A stretch of 29,921 bases of DNA from Candidatus Eiseniibacteriota bacterium (GCA_031370645.1 JANMQV010000038.1:1-29921); one strand, 5' to 3'; positions 8,832 through 18,414 are shown, numbered from the stretch's first letter. The notes: a model not told the origin generated them from the sequence alone. Translations and numbers: made by a program.

Positions 8832-8847
8832 CGTTTCACGTGGAACA
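8832..8847. promoter_or_regulatory. parS site
   Basis: CGTTTCACGTGGAACA, the exact reverse complement of the 8660-8675 site. Confidence 0.92.
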
Positions 8848-8953
8848 TAGAATCCGTTGGCGTTTGACACCCTCCCTCGCCTAGACTGACGCCGCTTAGC
8901 TGGCTCCTCGCCCCGCAGCGCGGCCCCGCCCGCAAATCGAATCAGGGAGATCC

Positions 8954-9715
8954 ATGGCAAGGACGGTTGCGATCGCGAATCAGAAGGGCGGCGTCGGCAA
9001 GACCACCACCGCCGTGAACCTCGCTGCTGGCCTAGCGCTCTGCGGGAAGAAGGTCCTCTTGATCGACCTCGACCCCCAAGGGAACGCCGGAAGCGGCTTG
9101 GGGTATCCAAGTATCAAGGTGCAGCGCGGGATTTACGAGGTGCTGACTGGGAACTCTTCGCTCTCGGATGTCGTTCTCGACACCGAGGTGGCCGGTCTCC
9201 AGCTAATACCTTCCGGGCAGCGCCTGGTGGGCGCCGAAGTGGAGTTGGTGGAGGTGCCGCGGCGGGAGTACCGCTTGAAGGAGGCGCTCGTCGGGATCGA
9301 GGAACGCTACGAGTTCATCCTCATCGACGCTCCGCCATCGCTCGGATTCCTGACCCTGAACGCCCTCACCGCCGCCCGTTCCGTGCTCGTGCCGGTGCAG
9401 TGCGAGTACTACGCGCTCGAGGGACTAAGTCATCTCCTCAGCGCCATCCGTCTCGTTCAGCAGGGGCTCAATCCGAATCTCCAAATCGAAGGTGTCCTTC
9501 TCACGATGTTCGACAACCGCCTGAATCTCTCCCAGCAGGTGCTCGAGGAGACCAGGCGGTTCTTCGCGGAGCGGGTCTACCGCACCGTTATCCCTCGGAA
9601 CGTGCGCCTCAGCGAGGCGCCCAGTTTCGGCAAGCCGGTCGTCGTTTACGACCCCGCCTGTGCCGGATCCACAAGCTACATGAACTTGGCGAAAGAGGTG
9701 ATTGAACGTGGTTAG
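8954..9715 (+). CDS. parA: Chromosome partitioning ATPase ParA/Soj
   Basis: Deviant Walker A NQKGGVGKTTT, DLDPQGNA, IDAPPSLG, VQCEYYALEG, IPRNVRLSEAPSFG; SD AGGGAGA. Confidence 0.98.
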   Translation: MARTVAIANQKGGVGKTTTAVNLAAGLALCGKKVLLIDLDPQGNAGSGLGYPSIKVQRGIYEVLTGNSSLSDVVLDTEVAGLQLIPSGQRLVGAEVELVEVPRREYRLKEALVGIEERYEFILIDAPPSLGFLTLNALTAARSVLVPVQCEYYALEGLSHLLSAIRLVQQGLNPNLQIEGVLLTMFDNRLNLSQQVLEETRRFFAERVYRTVIPRNVRLSEAPSFGKPVVVYDPACAGSTSYMNLAKEVIERG

Positions 9716-10631
9716 GAAAGCGTTGGGACGAGGGTTGGAAGCGTTGATCCCCGCGGCAGTCGAACAGGAAGTGCCCGTGTTGCCGCCCACCGGTCCGCCC
9801 GATTCGCGGCCCCAGGAGGCACGAACCAGCGACATCGTTCACGTGCAACTCTCCAAGATCGTCCGGAATCCCGCGCAGCCCCGGACCCAGTTCGATCCCG
9901 CCACGATTCGTGAACTCGCCGATTCGATCCGCGAGCGCGGCGTCCTTCAGCCGGTCTTGATCCGTCCCGCGGGCGACCATTATCAACTCGTCGCCGGCGA
10001 GCGCCGATTCCTCGCCGCACAGGAAGCGGGCTTCAACACAATTCCCGCGATCGTCCGTCCACTCACCGATCGCGAGTCGCTCTTAATTGCTCTCATCGAA
10101 AACGTGCAGCGGGAGAATCTCAACCCGGTGGATGAAGCACGCGCTTACTACCGACTCGCCGCGGAATACGGACTTCCACACGAAGAGATCGCCAAGCGGG
10201 TCGGAAAGGACCGCTCGACCATCTCCAACATCATCCGATTCAACAACCTTCCGACCGAGGTCCTCACGCTCCTCGAATCGGGACGACTTTCTGCGGGACA
10301 TGGCCGAGCGCTCCTTTCGCTCGCAGGGCCGAAGCAGCAGATCGACCTCGCGAACTCGGCAAGCGCCAACGATTGGTCGGTTCGGGAGCTCGAATCGCGC
10401 ATCCAGCGCTCCGCCTCTCCCCGCGTGGGGAAATCGCGGAGGGCGCCGCACCGCGCGTTCTCCGCTGAACTCATGGCTTTGGAAGATGAACTGATGAGGT
10501 TGGTGGGCGCCCGGGTTCGGATTACACGGCGTCGTGGCGGGGCGGGATCGGTCTTCATCGACTATCACAACCAAGAAGAGCTGGAGCGCGTGATCGACCT
10601 ACTCCGGTCGCTGGAAGCGGCACAAGCGTAA
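9708..10631 (+). CDS. parB: Chromosome partitioning CTPase ParB/Spo0J
   Basis: RKALGRGLEALI N-terminus, GVLQPVL, AGERRFLA (GxxRxxA), ENVQRENLNPVDEA, HTH GKDRSTISN. GTG 9708 with GAGGTG SD. Confidence 0.97.
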   Translation: MVRKALGRGLEALIPAAVEQEVPVLPPTGPPDSRPQEARTSDIVHVQLSKIVRNPAQPRTQFDPATIRELADSIRERGVLQPVLIRPAGDHYQLVAGERRFLAAQEAGFNTIPAIVRPLTDRESLLIALIENVQRENLNPVDEARAYYRLAAEYGLPHEEIAKRVGKDRSTISNIIRFNNLPTEVLTLLESGRLSAGHGRALLSLAGPKQQIDLANSASANDWSVRELESRIQRSASPRVGKSRRAPHRAFSAELMALEDELMRLVGARVRITRRRGGAGSVFIDYHNQEELERVIDLLRSLEAAQA

Positions 10632-10658
10632 CGACTACTCGCTGTAGGACGACGACTT

Positions 10659-10757
10659 TGTGGATAACTTGAGGAAAACGGTGGAAAACCGGGTAATAGC
10701 CTAAACCACAATTGGTTACAAAAGCGCGGTGCATACCGGCGCGCCCGGTTATGCACA
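10659..10757. promoter_or_regulatory. DnaA-box cluster downstream of parB
   Basis: TGTGGATAA 10659-10667 (perfect), TGAGGAAAA 10670-10678 and GGTGGAAAA 10680-10688 (one mismatch each to TGTGNAWAA), TAAACCACA 10702-10710 and GGTGCATAC 10728-10736 (two mismatches each), TTATGCACA 10749-10757 (fits TTWTNCACA). The stretch is AT-enriched. Confidence 0.75.
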
Positions 10758-10851
10758 GGTCCGCGTCAACCCTGTAACGATGGGCACTTGCGAGGTTGGC
10801 ACACCGGAAAAATCCTCCGGGTCGCCTCCAAACCCTGAAGAGAGGATCTCG

Positions 10852-11868
10852 ATGAACGAGTCCGTCGCCACCCGCGACGTCGAGCTGCTCGAAGAGCTGA
10901 AGAAGTCCCGGACGGCCATCCTTACGGAAATCCGCAAGGTGATCGTGGGGCACGACGAAGTCGTCGATCAGCTCCTAACCGCGCTCTTCGCGAACGGGCA
11001 CTGTCTCCTCGTGGGAGTGCCGGGGCTCGCGAAGACGCTCCTCGTCTCCACCGTGGCCCAGGCGCTCGACCTCGAGTTCAGCCGTATTCAGTTCACGCCC
11101 GACCTCATGCCTTCCGACATCACCGGCACCGAGATCCTCGAGGAAGACGCTTCCACCGGACGGCGCTCCTTCAAGTTCATTCGCGGGCCGATCTTCGCGA
11201 ATATCGTCCTGGCCGACGAGATCAACCGGACGCCGCCGAAGACGCAAGCCGCGCTCCTACAGGCGATGCAGGAATATCGCGTCACGGCCGGCGGCTCCAC
11301 GCACGACCTGGCGCTTCCGTTCTTCGTCCTCGCGACGCAGAACCCGATCGAATTCGAAGGGACCTATCCGCTCCCCGAGGCGCAACTCGACCGCTTCATG
11401 TTCCACATCTCCGTTTCGTATCCGACGGATGAAGAGGAACAGCGGATCGTCGCGACCACCACGAGCGCCTACCAGGCCGAAGTCTCGAAAGTCCTCAGCC
11501 GCGAGCGAATTCTCGAACTCCAGAAACTCGTCCGACGCATTCCGGTCTCCGAGCACGTCGTCCGTTACGCCGTGAAACTCGCGCGCGCGTCGCGTCCGAA
11601 TCCCGAGAGCGCATCCTTTATCCGCGACTGGGTCTCGTGGGGCGCCGGCCCGCGCGCCGCGCAGTTCATGGTTCTCGGCGCCAAGGCGCGCGCGGCGCTT
11701 CTCGGCCGTCCGACCCCGAGCGAGGATGACGTCCGCGCCATGGCGCGCCCCGTTCTTCGCCATCGGATCATTCCGAATTTCACGGCGGAGGCCGACGGCA
11801 TATCGAGTCTCGACATCGTGGCGAAGATCCTCGACGCCGTGCCTTCTTCCGACGGCAAGCGCGGCTAG
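10852..11868 (+). CDS. moxR: MoxR-family AAA+ ATPase
   Basis: [70 protein letters not shown] 10852 with GAGG SD. Confidence 0.95.
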   Translation: MNESVATRDVELLEELKKSRTAILTEIRKVIVGHDEVVDQLLTALFANGHCLLVGVPGLAKTLLVSTVAQALDLEFSRIQFTPDLMPSDITGTEILEEDASTGRRSFKFIRGPIFANIVLADEINRTPPKTQAALLQAMQEYRVTAGGSTHDLALPFFVLATQNPIEFEGTYPLPEAQLDRFMFHISVSYPTDEEEQRIVATTTSAYQAEVSKVLSRERILELQKLVRRIPVSEHVVRYAVKLARASRPNPESASFIRDWVSWGAGPRAAQFMVLGAKARAALLGRPTPSEDDVRAMARPVLRHRIIPNFTAEADGISSLDIVAKILDAVPSSDGKRG

Positions 11869-11910
11869 GCCTCAGGCCCACCGGAACCACCAGGTCCCCA
11901 AACCGTCACC

Positions 11911-12807
11911 ATGAGCGACGACCGCGCGCGGCTCCTCGATCCGCACTTCGTCTCGAAGCTCGCCCGCCTCGATCTGCGGGCGCGCCTCGTCGTCGAAGGT
12001 TTTCTGACCGGGCTCCACCGGAGCCCGTATCACGGCTTTTCCGTCGAATTCGCCGAACATCGCCAGTACATGCCGGGCGATCCGCTCCGCCATCTTGACT
12101 GGAAGGTCCTCGCCAAGTCGGACCGCAAGTATCTGAAGCAGTACCAAGAAGAAACGAATCTCCGCGCCCACCTCCTCGTGGATACGAGCGCCAGCATGGG
12201 GTACGGCTCACGCGGCGTGACGAAGCTCGACTACGCGCGGCAACTTGCCGCGTCGCTCGCCTACCTGATCCTGGGACAGCACGACGCGGTGGGGCTCTTC
12301 GCCTTCGCTCAGGGAAGGGGAGAACAGATTCCGGCGCGAAGCACGATGGGGCACATGCGCCCACTCCTCGTCCTCCTCGACCGTATGAAGGCGGGCGGCG
12401 GCACCGATTTCACCGCCTCGCTCCACGCGCTGGCCGAACGGATCACGCGGCGCGGGCTCGTCGTCATCCTCTCCGACCTCTTGGACGAACCGGAGAAGGT
12501 GGCGCAGGCGATCCACCACTTCCGCCATCGGCGGCACGAAGTCTTGGTCTTCCACATCCTCGACCCCCAAGAGGTCTCGTTCGATTTCGACCGCGAAGCG
12601 GTCTATGTGGATGTGGAAGGGGGCGAGCGCGTCACCACCCGCCCGCGCGAGTTGCGGGACGACTACCGCGCCCGCGTGAGCGAATGGCGAGACCGGCTCC
12701 GCGCAATCTGCGTCGAGAGGCGGGCCGACTACGTGGCGCTGACGACCGACGTGCCGTACGACCGCGCGCTGCTGGAATATCTGGGGAAGCGCTCGCGCCT
12801 CCTCTAG
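11911..12807 (+). CDS. DUF58 domain protein (vWA-like, MoxR-associated)
   Basis: GLHRSPYHGFSVEFAEHRQYMPGDPLRHLDWKV, EETNL, VDTSASM; directly after moxR. Confidence 0.92.
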   Translation: MSDDRARLLDPHFVSKLARLDLRARLVVEGFLTGLHRSPYHGFSVEFAEHRQYMPGDPLRHLDWKVLAKSDRKYLKQYQEETNLRAHLLVDTSASMGYGSRGVTKLDYARQLAASLAYLILGQHDAVGLFAFAQGRGEQIPARSTMGHMRPLLVLLDRMKAGGGTDFTASLHALAERITRRGLVVILSDLLDEPEKVAQAIHHFRHRRHEVLVFHILDPQEVSFDFDREAVYVDVEGGERVTTRPRELRDDYRARVSEWRDRLRAICVERRADYVALTTDVPYDRALLEYLGKRSRLL

Positions 12808-12829
12808 GCAAGGGAGCCGATCGGCCGCG

Positions 12830-14932
12830 ATGCCTCTTCTCTCATTCCTGAATCCGAGCTTCCTCTGGGCGCTCCCCGTGGCGTCGATCCCGGTGCTCCT
12901 CCATCTCCTCAGCCGGCGGCGGCTTCCGGAAGTGCCGTTTCCCACGACGAGTTTCCTTCGAGCCCTGGAGCCGAGGGAAATTCGGCGGATCCGCCTTCGC
13001 GAGATCCTCCTCCTCATTCTTCGCACGCTCGCCCTTCTCCTGCTCGTGCTCGCCTTCGCGCGCCCGGCCGTAACACCGGCCAACGCGGTGACGAACGCGG
13101 CGGTCGCGGTCGGGCTCCTGCTCGACGACTCGGAGAGCATGGCGGCGATCGAGGAGCATGGAAGGCCCCGGATCACCGAGGCCAAGGCGCGCGCGTCGGC
13201 CCTGATCGAGGCTTCGAGAGCGGGCGACGCGCTCGTCATCGCCTACGCGTCGCGCGGGGAAGAGCCGGCGACCGAGCGCGGGGACGATCGGGTCCGACTT
13301 CGCCGCGCGCTCGAGCGAGTGGAGGCGACTCCTCGTCCGGCCCGCATGGCCTTGGCGCTCGGCTCGCTCGTGCGCGCGCTCGAGCGAAGCCCGCTCGCGG
13401 CGCGGGAGCTCTACGTCGTGAGCGATTTTCAGCGAAGCAATTGGCCAGGCGAGGCGCGAGCGGAAATCGCGCGCGCCGCGGCGGCCGGGATGCGCGTCTA
13501 CCTCGTTCCGGTGACAACGGCGTCACTCCCGAACCACGCGTTCGAAGCGATCGAACCCGATGTCCGCCCCGGACCCGAGGGGCGAGGGATGGAGCTTCGC
13601 GCGCGGCTCGTGAATCACGCCGATTCGCCGAGCGACCGAATCGCCATTCGCCTTCGCGAGGGGGAGGCGCTCGTCGGGGGAGGGGACGTTTCGCTTCGGG
13701 CCGGCGAACGGCGTTGGGCCGCCATGCCGATCGAGCCGAAGGCCACCGCCACCACGGCGACCCGCATCACCGCGGAAATGGACGCCGACGCGCTTCCGAC
13801 CGACGACGAGTGGTACGCGGTCCTCGGGCCGCCGCGCCGCCTCCGAGTCCTCCGCATCGTCGAAGCGCGCGGCGCGCCGCCGCCCCGATTCGCCGCGCTG
13901 GCGCTCGATCCGTCTTCGAACGGCGCGTCGGGCTTCTCGGTCGAAGAGGAATCGCCCGCCGCGCTCCTCACGCTCAACAAGGCGCGCGCCGATGTCGTGC
14001 TCCTGGAAGATGTCGCCGCGCTTTCGGGCGACGCCGAAGCGCGCCTTCGCGCCTTCCTTCGAGACGGAGGCGGCCTCGTCGTGGCCCTCGGGCCGCACTC
14101 CGATCCCGACTACTACGGCAAGCGGCTCTTCCCGGGGATGATCGACCTCTCGCTCCAACAGCCCGAACGGGCGCCCGAGGGAGGCGCGCTCGAACTCCGC
14201 GCTCGCGTCGCGGGGCACCCGATCCTGGAAGGCCTCACGGTGGGAGTCGGTACGCCTCTCTCCCAGGCGCGAATCACCGGGCTCGTTCGGGGCACGGTCA
14301 CTTCGCCACGCGCTCTCGTCGTCGTCCAGACGAGCGGCGGGCTGCCGGTCGTGGTCGCAGCTCCCCGCGTGGCGGTGTTTCTCACGTCGCTCTCCGATGA
14401 TTGGGGCGAATTGCCGTTCTCAGGCGCCTTCGTCCCGCTGGTCCGCGGGCTCGTGAGTCACGCGGCCCGCGCCGAATCGAGCGCGCCGGGCGAGATGGTC
14501 GTCGGCACGCCGCCCCACGCGCGGCTCGCCGGCGCGCCGACCGGAGTCATTCGTGTCCGCGGTCCGGCCGGCTACTCCTCCACGGCCACCGTGGAATCGG
14601 AGGGCACCGGCTATCGCGCCGTCGCCATCGACCCCGCACCCGTGCCCGGCTTTTACGATTTCGACGCCGGCGGAAGTCCGCTTGCCACCGTGGCCGTGAA
14701 CCTCGACCCGATCGAGAGCGATCTAGCCTCCCTCCCGGTCGATTCGATCCGCGCCGCCGCGGCGCCCGCATCGAGCAAGCAGATCGCGGAATTCACGAGC
14801 GCCGCGGCGTTGGAGCGCCACCTCCGCGCCACTCGCCGCGGGGAAGAGCTCTGGCTTCCGCTCCTTCTTGCCGCCGCACTTCTTCTGGCAGGAGAGTTGA
14901 CGCTCGCGAGCGCCCGAAAGCTCCGCGCGTGA
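12830..14932 (+). CDS. BatA N-terminal domain / vWA membrane protein
   Basis: FLNPSFLWAL..IPVLLHLLSRRR...FP..FL and LLLILRTLALLLLVLAFARP (BatA-type double TM), MIDAS-like DDSESM, SDFQ, NLDPIESDL, and a C-terminal TM ELWLPLLL. Confidence 0.85.
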   Translation: MPLLSFLNPSFLWALPVASIPVLLHLLSRRRLPEVPFPTTSFLRALEPREIRRIRLREILLLILRTLALLLLVLAFARPAVTPANAVTNAAVAVGLLLDDSESMAAIEEHGRPRITEAKARASALIEASRAGDALVIAYASRGEEPATERGDDRVRLRRALERVEATPRPARMALALGSLVRALERSPLAARELYVVSDFQRSNWPGEARAEIARAAAAGMRVYLVPVTTASLPNHAFEAIEPDVRPGPEGRGMELRARLVNHADSPSDRIAIRLREGEALVGGGDVSLRAGERRWAAMPIEPKATATTATRITAEMDADALPTDDEWYAVLGPPRRLRVLRIVEARGAPPPRFAALALDPSSNGASGFSVEEESPAALLTLNKARADVVLLEDVAALSGDAEARLRAFLRDGGGLVVALGPHSDPDYYGKRLFPGMIDLSLQQPERAPEGGALELRARVAGHPILEGLTVGVGTPLSQARITGLVRGTVTSPRALVVVQTSGGLPVVVAAPRVAVFLTSLSDDWGELPFSGAFVPLVRGLVSHAARAESSAPGEMVVGTPPHARLAGAPTGVIRVRGPAGYSSTATVESEGTGYRAVAIDPAPVPGFYDFDAGGSPLATVAVNLDPIESDLASLPVDSIRAAAAPASSKQIAEFTSAAALERHLRATRRGEELWLPLLLAAALLLAGELTLASARKLRA

Positions 14933-17900
14933 GTCCGGTCGAGAATCCCCCCGAATCGGAGGGGCTCCACGCCCGACTCCTCGAAGCGGTAGCGGGTCAC
15001 CCCGCGACGCCGAAGCTCCTCGACCGAGCGCGGGCGGAAGCAGCGCTCGGCGCGGGCATTCCTCGCGCCGGCGTCCGCGTTCGCGGCACCGCGGGGAGCG
15101 TGGCGGCGATTCTCACGTCGCTCCTCGCGCGCGAGTCGGGCTCGCCGGTCGCGGTCATCACGCCCGACTTGGACCGCGCCGAATCGTGGCGCGACGACCT
15201 GGCCGCGTTCCTCGGTCCGGATCGCGTCGTCTATCTCCCGCCGCTCGACGTCGTGCCGTGGAGCCATCAGACCCCGACGTCTCCGGTCCGGGACGAGCGC
15301 CTCGACGGGCTCGCGCGCCTCACCGACCCCTCGCCGCCGGTAGCGGTCATTCCGGCAGCGGCGCTCCACCGCCTTCTCCCGCGCCCCGCCGCGCTTCGCG
15401 GCCGCGCCTTCACGATCGAGCGCGGGTGGCAGGGCGATCCGCGCGACGTCTTGGGGCGCCTCGTCCTCCTCGGCTATCGGCCGGTGAGCGAGGTGAGCGA
15501 ATCGGGGGAGATCAGCCGCCGCGGCGGCATCGTCGACGTGCACGGCCCCGGCATGGAAGAGCCGGTCCGCCTCGAGTTCGACGGAGACGAGGTCGCTTCG
15601 CTCCGGAGTTTCGATCCGGCGACGCAGCGCTCGACCGGCGTCCTCGAATCGGTCCGGATCGTCCCCGCGCGTGAAGTGCTCTACGCCGACGACTTGAACC
15701 AACGCCTTCGCCCTTTCGATCGCGGCCCGCTCGCTTCGGGTGAAGAGGCGCGGCGGCTTCGCGATCTCGTCTCGGAGGGGATCTACTTCGAAGGGGCCGA
15801 GTGGATCGCGCCGCACCTGGGGATCGAACTCGGTTCGCTACTCGATCATCTCCCGGCGGGAACGCTTCTCTGGATCGAGGAGCCGGCCGCGGTGGAGCGG
15901 GAGTTGGAGCAGGTGGAGCGGGAGACGGAGCGGCTCGAGGAGGTCGCCCGCGAACGGAATTCGCTTCTTCCGCCCCGGGACACTCTCTTCGAAAACCCGA
16001 ACCAAACTGCGGATCGCCTCCGCGGCTATCCCCGTTTCGAGTCGACCTTCTCCAACAAGGAGATCAAGGAGAGCGCCGACGTCATCGCGTTCGACGCCCG
16101 CCCGCAGCCCGCCTTCGGCCGGAAACTCGACCTTCTCCGCGGGGAGCTGAAGCGGCTTGGTGAAGTCGGCTATCGGCGCTCGATCGTCTGCGACAACCGG
16201 GGGCAGGCCGACCGGCTGGAGGAACTCCTCGGCGACGACCACGCCACGATCGAGGTCGGCGCGCTGGTCGGCGGTTTCGTGCTGCCCGCGGCGCGGATCG
16301 CCGTTTTCACCGATCATGAAATCTTCGCGCGTTATCGCCGGCGGCGCGGCCGGCGCCTTCGCCCCTCCGCCGCGGCGATGCGCGAACTCCTCACCCTTGC
16401 ACCCGGCGACTACGTGGTCCATCTCGATCATGGAATCGGCGCCTATCGCGGGCTCCAGCGCCTGCAACTCGACGGCCAGGAGACGGAGTGCATTCAGATC
16501 GACTACGCGGGCGGCGATCGGCTCTTCGTTCCGATCGACCAGCTCGGCCTGATCGAGCGCTACGCCGCCGAAGAAGGGCACGCGCCGACGATTCATCGCC
16601 TCGGCGGCACCTCCTGGGCTCGGACCAAGGCGAAGACGAAGAAGGCGATCGCCGACATGGCGGAAGAACTCCTCCGCCACTACGCCACGCGGAAGGCGCA
16701 CCCGGGATACGCCTATAAGACCGACACGCCGTGGCAGCGGGAGTTGGAGTCGGCATTCGTCTACGACGAGACGCCCGATCAACTCCGCGCCATCGAGGAC
16801 GTGAAGCGCGACATGGAAACGTCGAAGCCGATGGACCGCCTCCTCTGCGGCGACGTCGGCTACGGCAAAACCGAAGTCGCGATCCGCGCCGCGTTCAAGG
16901 CGATCCAGGACGGGAAGCAGGTCGCGATCCTCGTGCCGACGACGGTTCTCGCGCAGCAGCACGGCGTCACGTTCGCCGAGCGGCTGGCCGACTATCCGGT
17001 TCGAATCGAAGTCCTCTCCCGCTTCCGAAACGCGAAGGAACAGGCCGACGTCGTGGAGAAACTCGGGCGCGGCGCGGTCGATCTCATCATCGGCACGCAC
17101 CGGCTCCTCTCGAAGGACGTCCGCTTCTCGAACCTCGGCCTCGTGGTGATCGACGAGGAGCAGCGCTTCGGCGTGAAGCAGAAGGAGAAGATCCGAACCC
17201 TCGTCGAGACGGTGGACGTTCTCACCCTCACGGCGACGCCGATCCCGCGCACGCTCCATCTCAGCCTCCTCGGCGCGCGCGACATGTCGGTCATGACGAC
17301 GCCTCCGCGCGGGCGCTACCCGATCAAGACCGAGATCGTCGAGATGAGCCGCGAGGTGATCCAGGACGCGCTCCTTCGCGAGGCCGACCGCGGCGGGCAG
17401 TCGTTCTTCGTCCACAACCGCGTCGAGACGATCGACCAGATGGCGCACTACCTCCAGAGCATCGTCCCCCAGTTGCGCTATGCCGTGGCCCACGGGCAGA
17501 TGAAGGACACGCAACTCGAGAAGGTGATGCTCGATTTCCTGGAGCGGCGGGTCGATGTCCTCGTCTCGACCCTCATCATCGAGTCGGGGCTCGACATTCC
17601 GACCGTGAACACGATGCTGATCAACCGCGCCGACGCGCTCGGCCTCGCGCAGATCTACCAGTTGCGCGGCCGCATCGGCCGTTCGCACCACCAGGCGTTC
17701 TGCTACCTCCTGGTGCCGGCGGGGAAGGTGCTATCGGAAGATTCCGAAAAGCGGCTCCGCGTCATCTCGGAGCACGAGGAACTCGGCGCGGGGCTTCAGA
17801 TCGCCATGCGCGACCTGGAAATCCGCGGCGCGGGGAATCTGCTCGGCCCCCAGCAGCATGGTTTCATGATGAGCGTCGGCTTCGATCTCTACTGCCGCAT

Positions 17901-18414
17901 GGTGGACGAGGTCGTGCAGGAGCTGAAGGGAACCGCGGTGGAACATCGCCCCGAACCGGAAGTGGCGAGCGACCTCCCCGCGTTCGTGCCCGAGGAGTAC
18001 GTCACCGACCGCGACGAGAAGCTCGACGTCTACCGGCGCCTCGCCTCGATCGGCGAGGCGGAAGCGCTCGATGCGCTGGCTTCGGAGTTGCGCGACCGCT
18101 TCGGGACGCCGCCGCAGGAAGTGGAGCAGCTCCTGGCGCTCAAGCGGCTTCGCCTTCTGGGCAGGGACGCCGGCGCGGTTCGGCTCCGGGTACGGCGCGA
18201 ACGGCTCGAACTGGAGTTCGCGGAGCCGCTCGCGCGCCCCAAGGCGCTCGCCTTGGTCGCCTCCAACCTGGCCAAATTCGAGTTCGCCGACAGCTCCCGC
18301 ATCCTACGCGTGCAGAAGCCGGCCGACCCGGTCTTGTTGGCGACAAACATCTTGCGGCAGTTGGGGCCCCTTGGTAGCGTTTCGCCTCTTCCGTCCCCAG
18401 CGGGCACCCGATGA
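14929..18414 (+). CDS. mfd: Transcription-repair coupling factor Mfd
   Basis: RRGGIVDV, GDYVVHLDHGIG, ETPDQLRAI, MDRLLCGDVGYGKTEVA, DEEQRFGVKQKE, QLRGRIGRS, RDLEIRGAGNLLG. GTG 14929 overlaps the upstream TGA (GTGA). Confidence 0.97.
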   Translation: MSPVENPPESEGLHARLLEAVAGHPATPKLLDRARAEAALGAGIPRAGVRVRGTAGSVAAILTSLLARESGSPVAVITPDLDRAESWRDDLAAFLGPDRVVYLPPLDVVPWSHQTPTSPVRDERLDGLARLTDPSPPVAVIPAAALHRLLPRPAALRGRAFTIERGWQGDPRDVLGRLVLLGYRPVSEVSESGEISRRGGIVDVHGPGMEEPVRLEFDGDEVASLRSFDPATQRSTGVLESVRIVPAREVLYADDLNQRLRPFDRGPLASGEEARRLRDLVSEGIYFEGAEWIAPHLGIELGSLLDHLPAGTLLWIEEPAAVERELEQVERETERLEEVARERNSLLPPRDTLFENPNQTADRLRGYPRFESTFSNKEIKESADVIAFDARPQPAFGRKLDLLRGELKRLGEVGYRRSIVCDNRGQADRLEELLGDDHATIEVGALVGGFVLPAARIAVFTDHEIFARYRRRRGRRLRPSAAAMRELLTLAPGDYVVHLDHGIGAYRGLQRLQLDGQETECIQIDYAGGDRLFVPIDQLGLIERYAAEEGHAPTIHRLGGTSWARTKAKTKKAIADMAEELLRHYATRKAHPGYAYKTDTPWQRELESAFVYDETPDQLRAIEDVKRDMETSKPMDRLLCGDVGYGKTEVAIRAAFKAIQDGKQVAILVPTTVLAQQHGVTFAERLADYPVRIEVLSRFRNAKEQADVVEKLGRGAVDLIIGTHRLLSKDVRFSNLGLVVIDEEQRFGVKQKEKIRTLVETVDVLTLTATPIPRTLHLSLLGARDMSVMTTPPRGRYPIKTEIVEMSREVIQDALLREADRGGQSFFVHNRVETIDQMAHYLQSIVPQLRYAVAHGQMKDTQLEKVMLDFLERRVDVLVSTLIIESGLDIPTVNTMLINRADALGLAQIYQLRGRIGRSHHQAFCYLLVPAGKVLSEDSEKRLRVISEHEELGAGLQIAMRDLEIRGAGNLLGPQQHGFMMSVGFDLYCRMVDEVVQELKGTAVEHRPEPEVASDLPAFVPEEYVTDRDEKLDVYRRLASIGEAEALDALASELRDRFGTPPQEVEQLLALKRLRLLGRDAGAVRLRVRRERLELEFAEPLARPKALALVASNLAKFEFADSSRILRVQKPADPVLLATNILRQLGPLGSVSPLPSPAGTR
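18352..18380 (+). promoter_or_regulatory. Possible internal promoter in the 3' end of mfd for the foldase-pdxA-ftsEX genes
   Basis: TTGCGG (18352-18357), 17-nt spacer ending in TGG, TAGCGT (18375-18380): a TANNNT -10 with extended TG. Confidence 0.3.

Noticed and set aside
8864-8887. TTGACA and TAGACT upstream of parA as a sigma70 promoter
   Set aside because: Spacer is only 12 nt; the alternative TTGGCG gives 19 nt. A promoter is likely nearby but I cannot assign its elements.
14401-14928. Apparent N-terminal extension of Mfd in the ORF track (likewise for mnmG, moxR, surA, ftsE, ftsX, envC)
   Set aside because: Upstream in-frame run-ons that overlap the preceding gene or intergenic DNA; downstream starts fit the family N-termini and SD or overlap patterns better.
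15838-17691. Long minus-strand ORFs (this 617-aa one, also 2203-3411, 3673-4980, 5840-7180, 20159-21763, 25675-27129)
   Set aside because: They lie opposite well-recognised genes and show no family motifs; long stop-free antisense frames are expected at this GC content.
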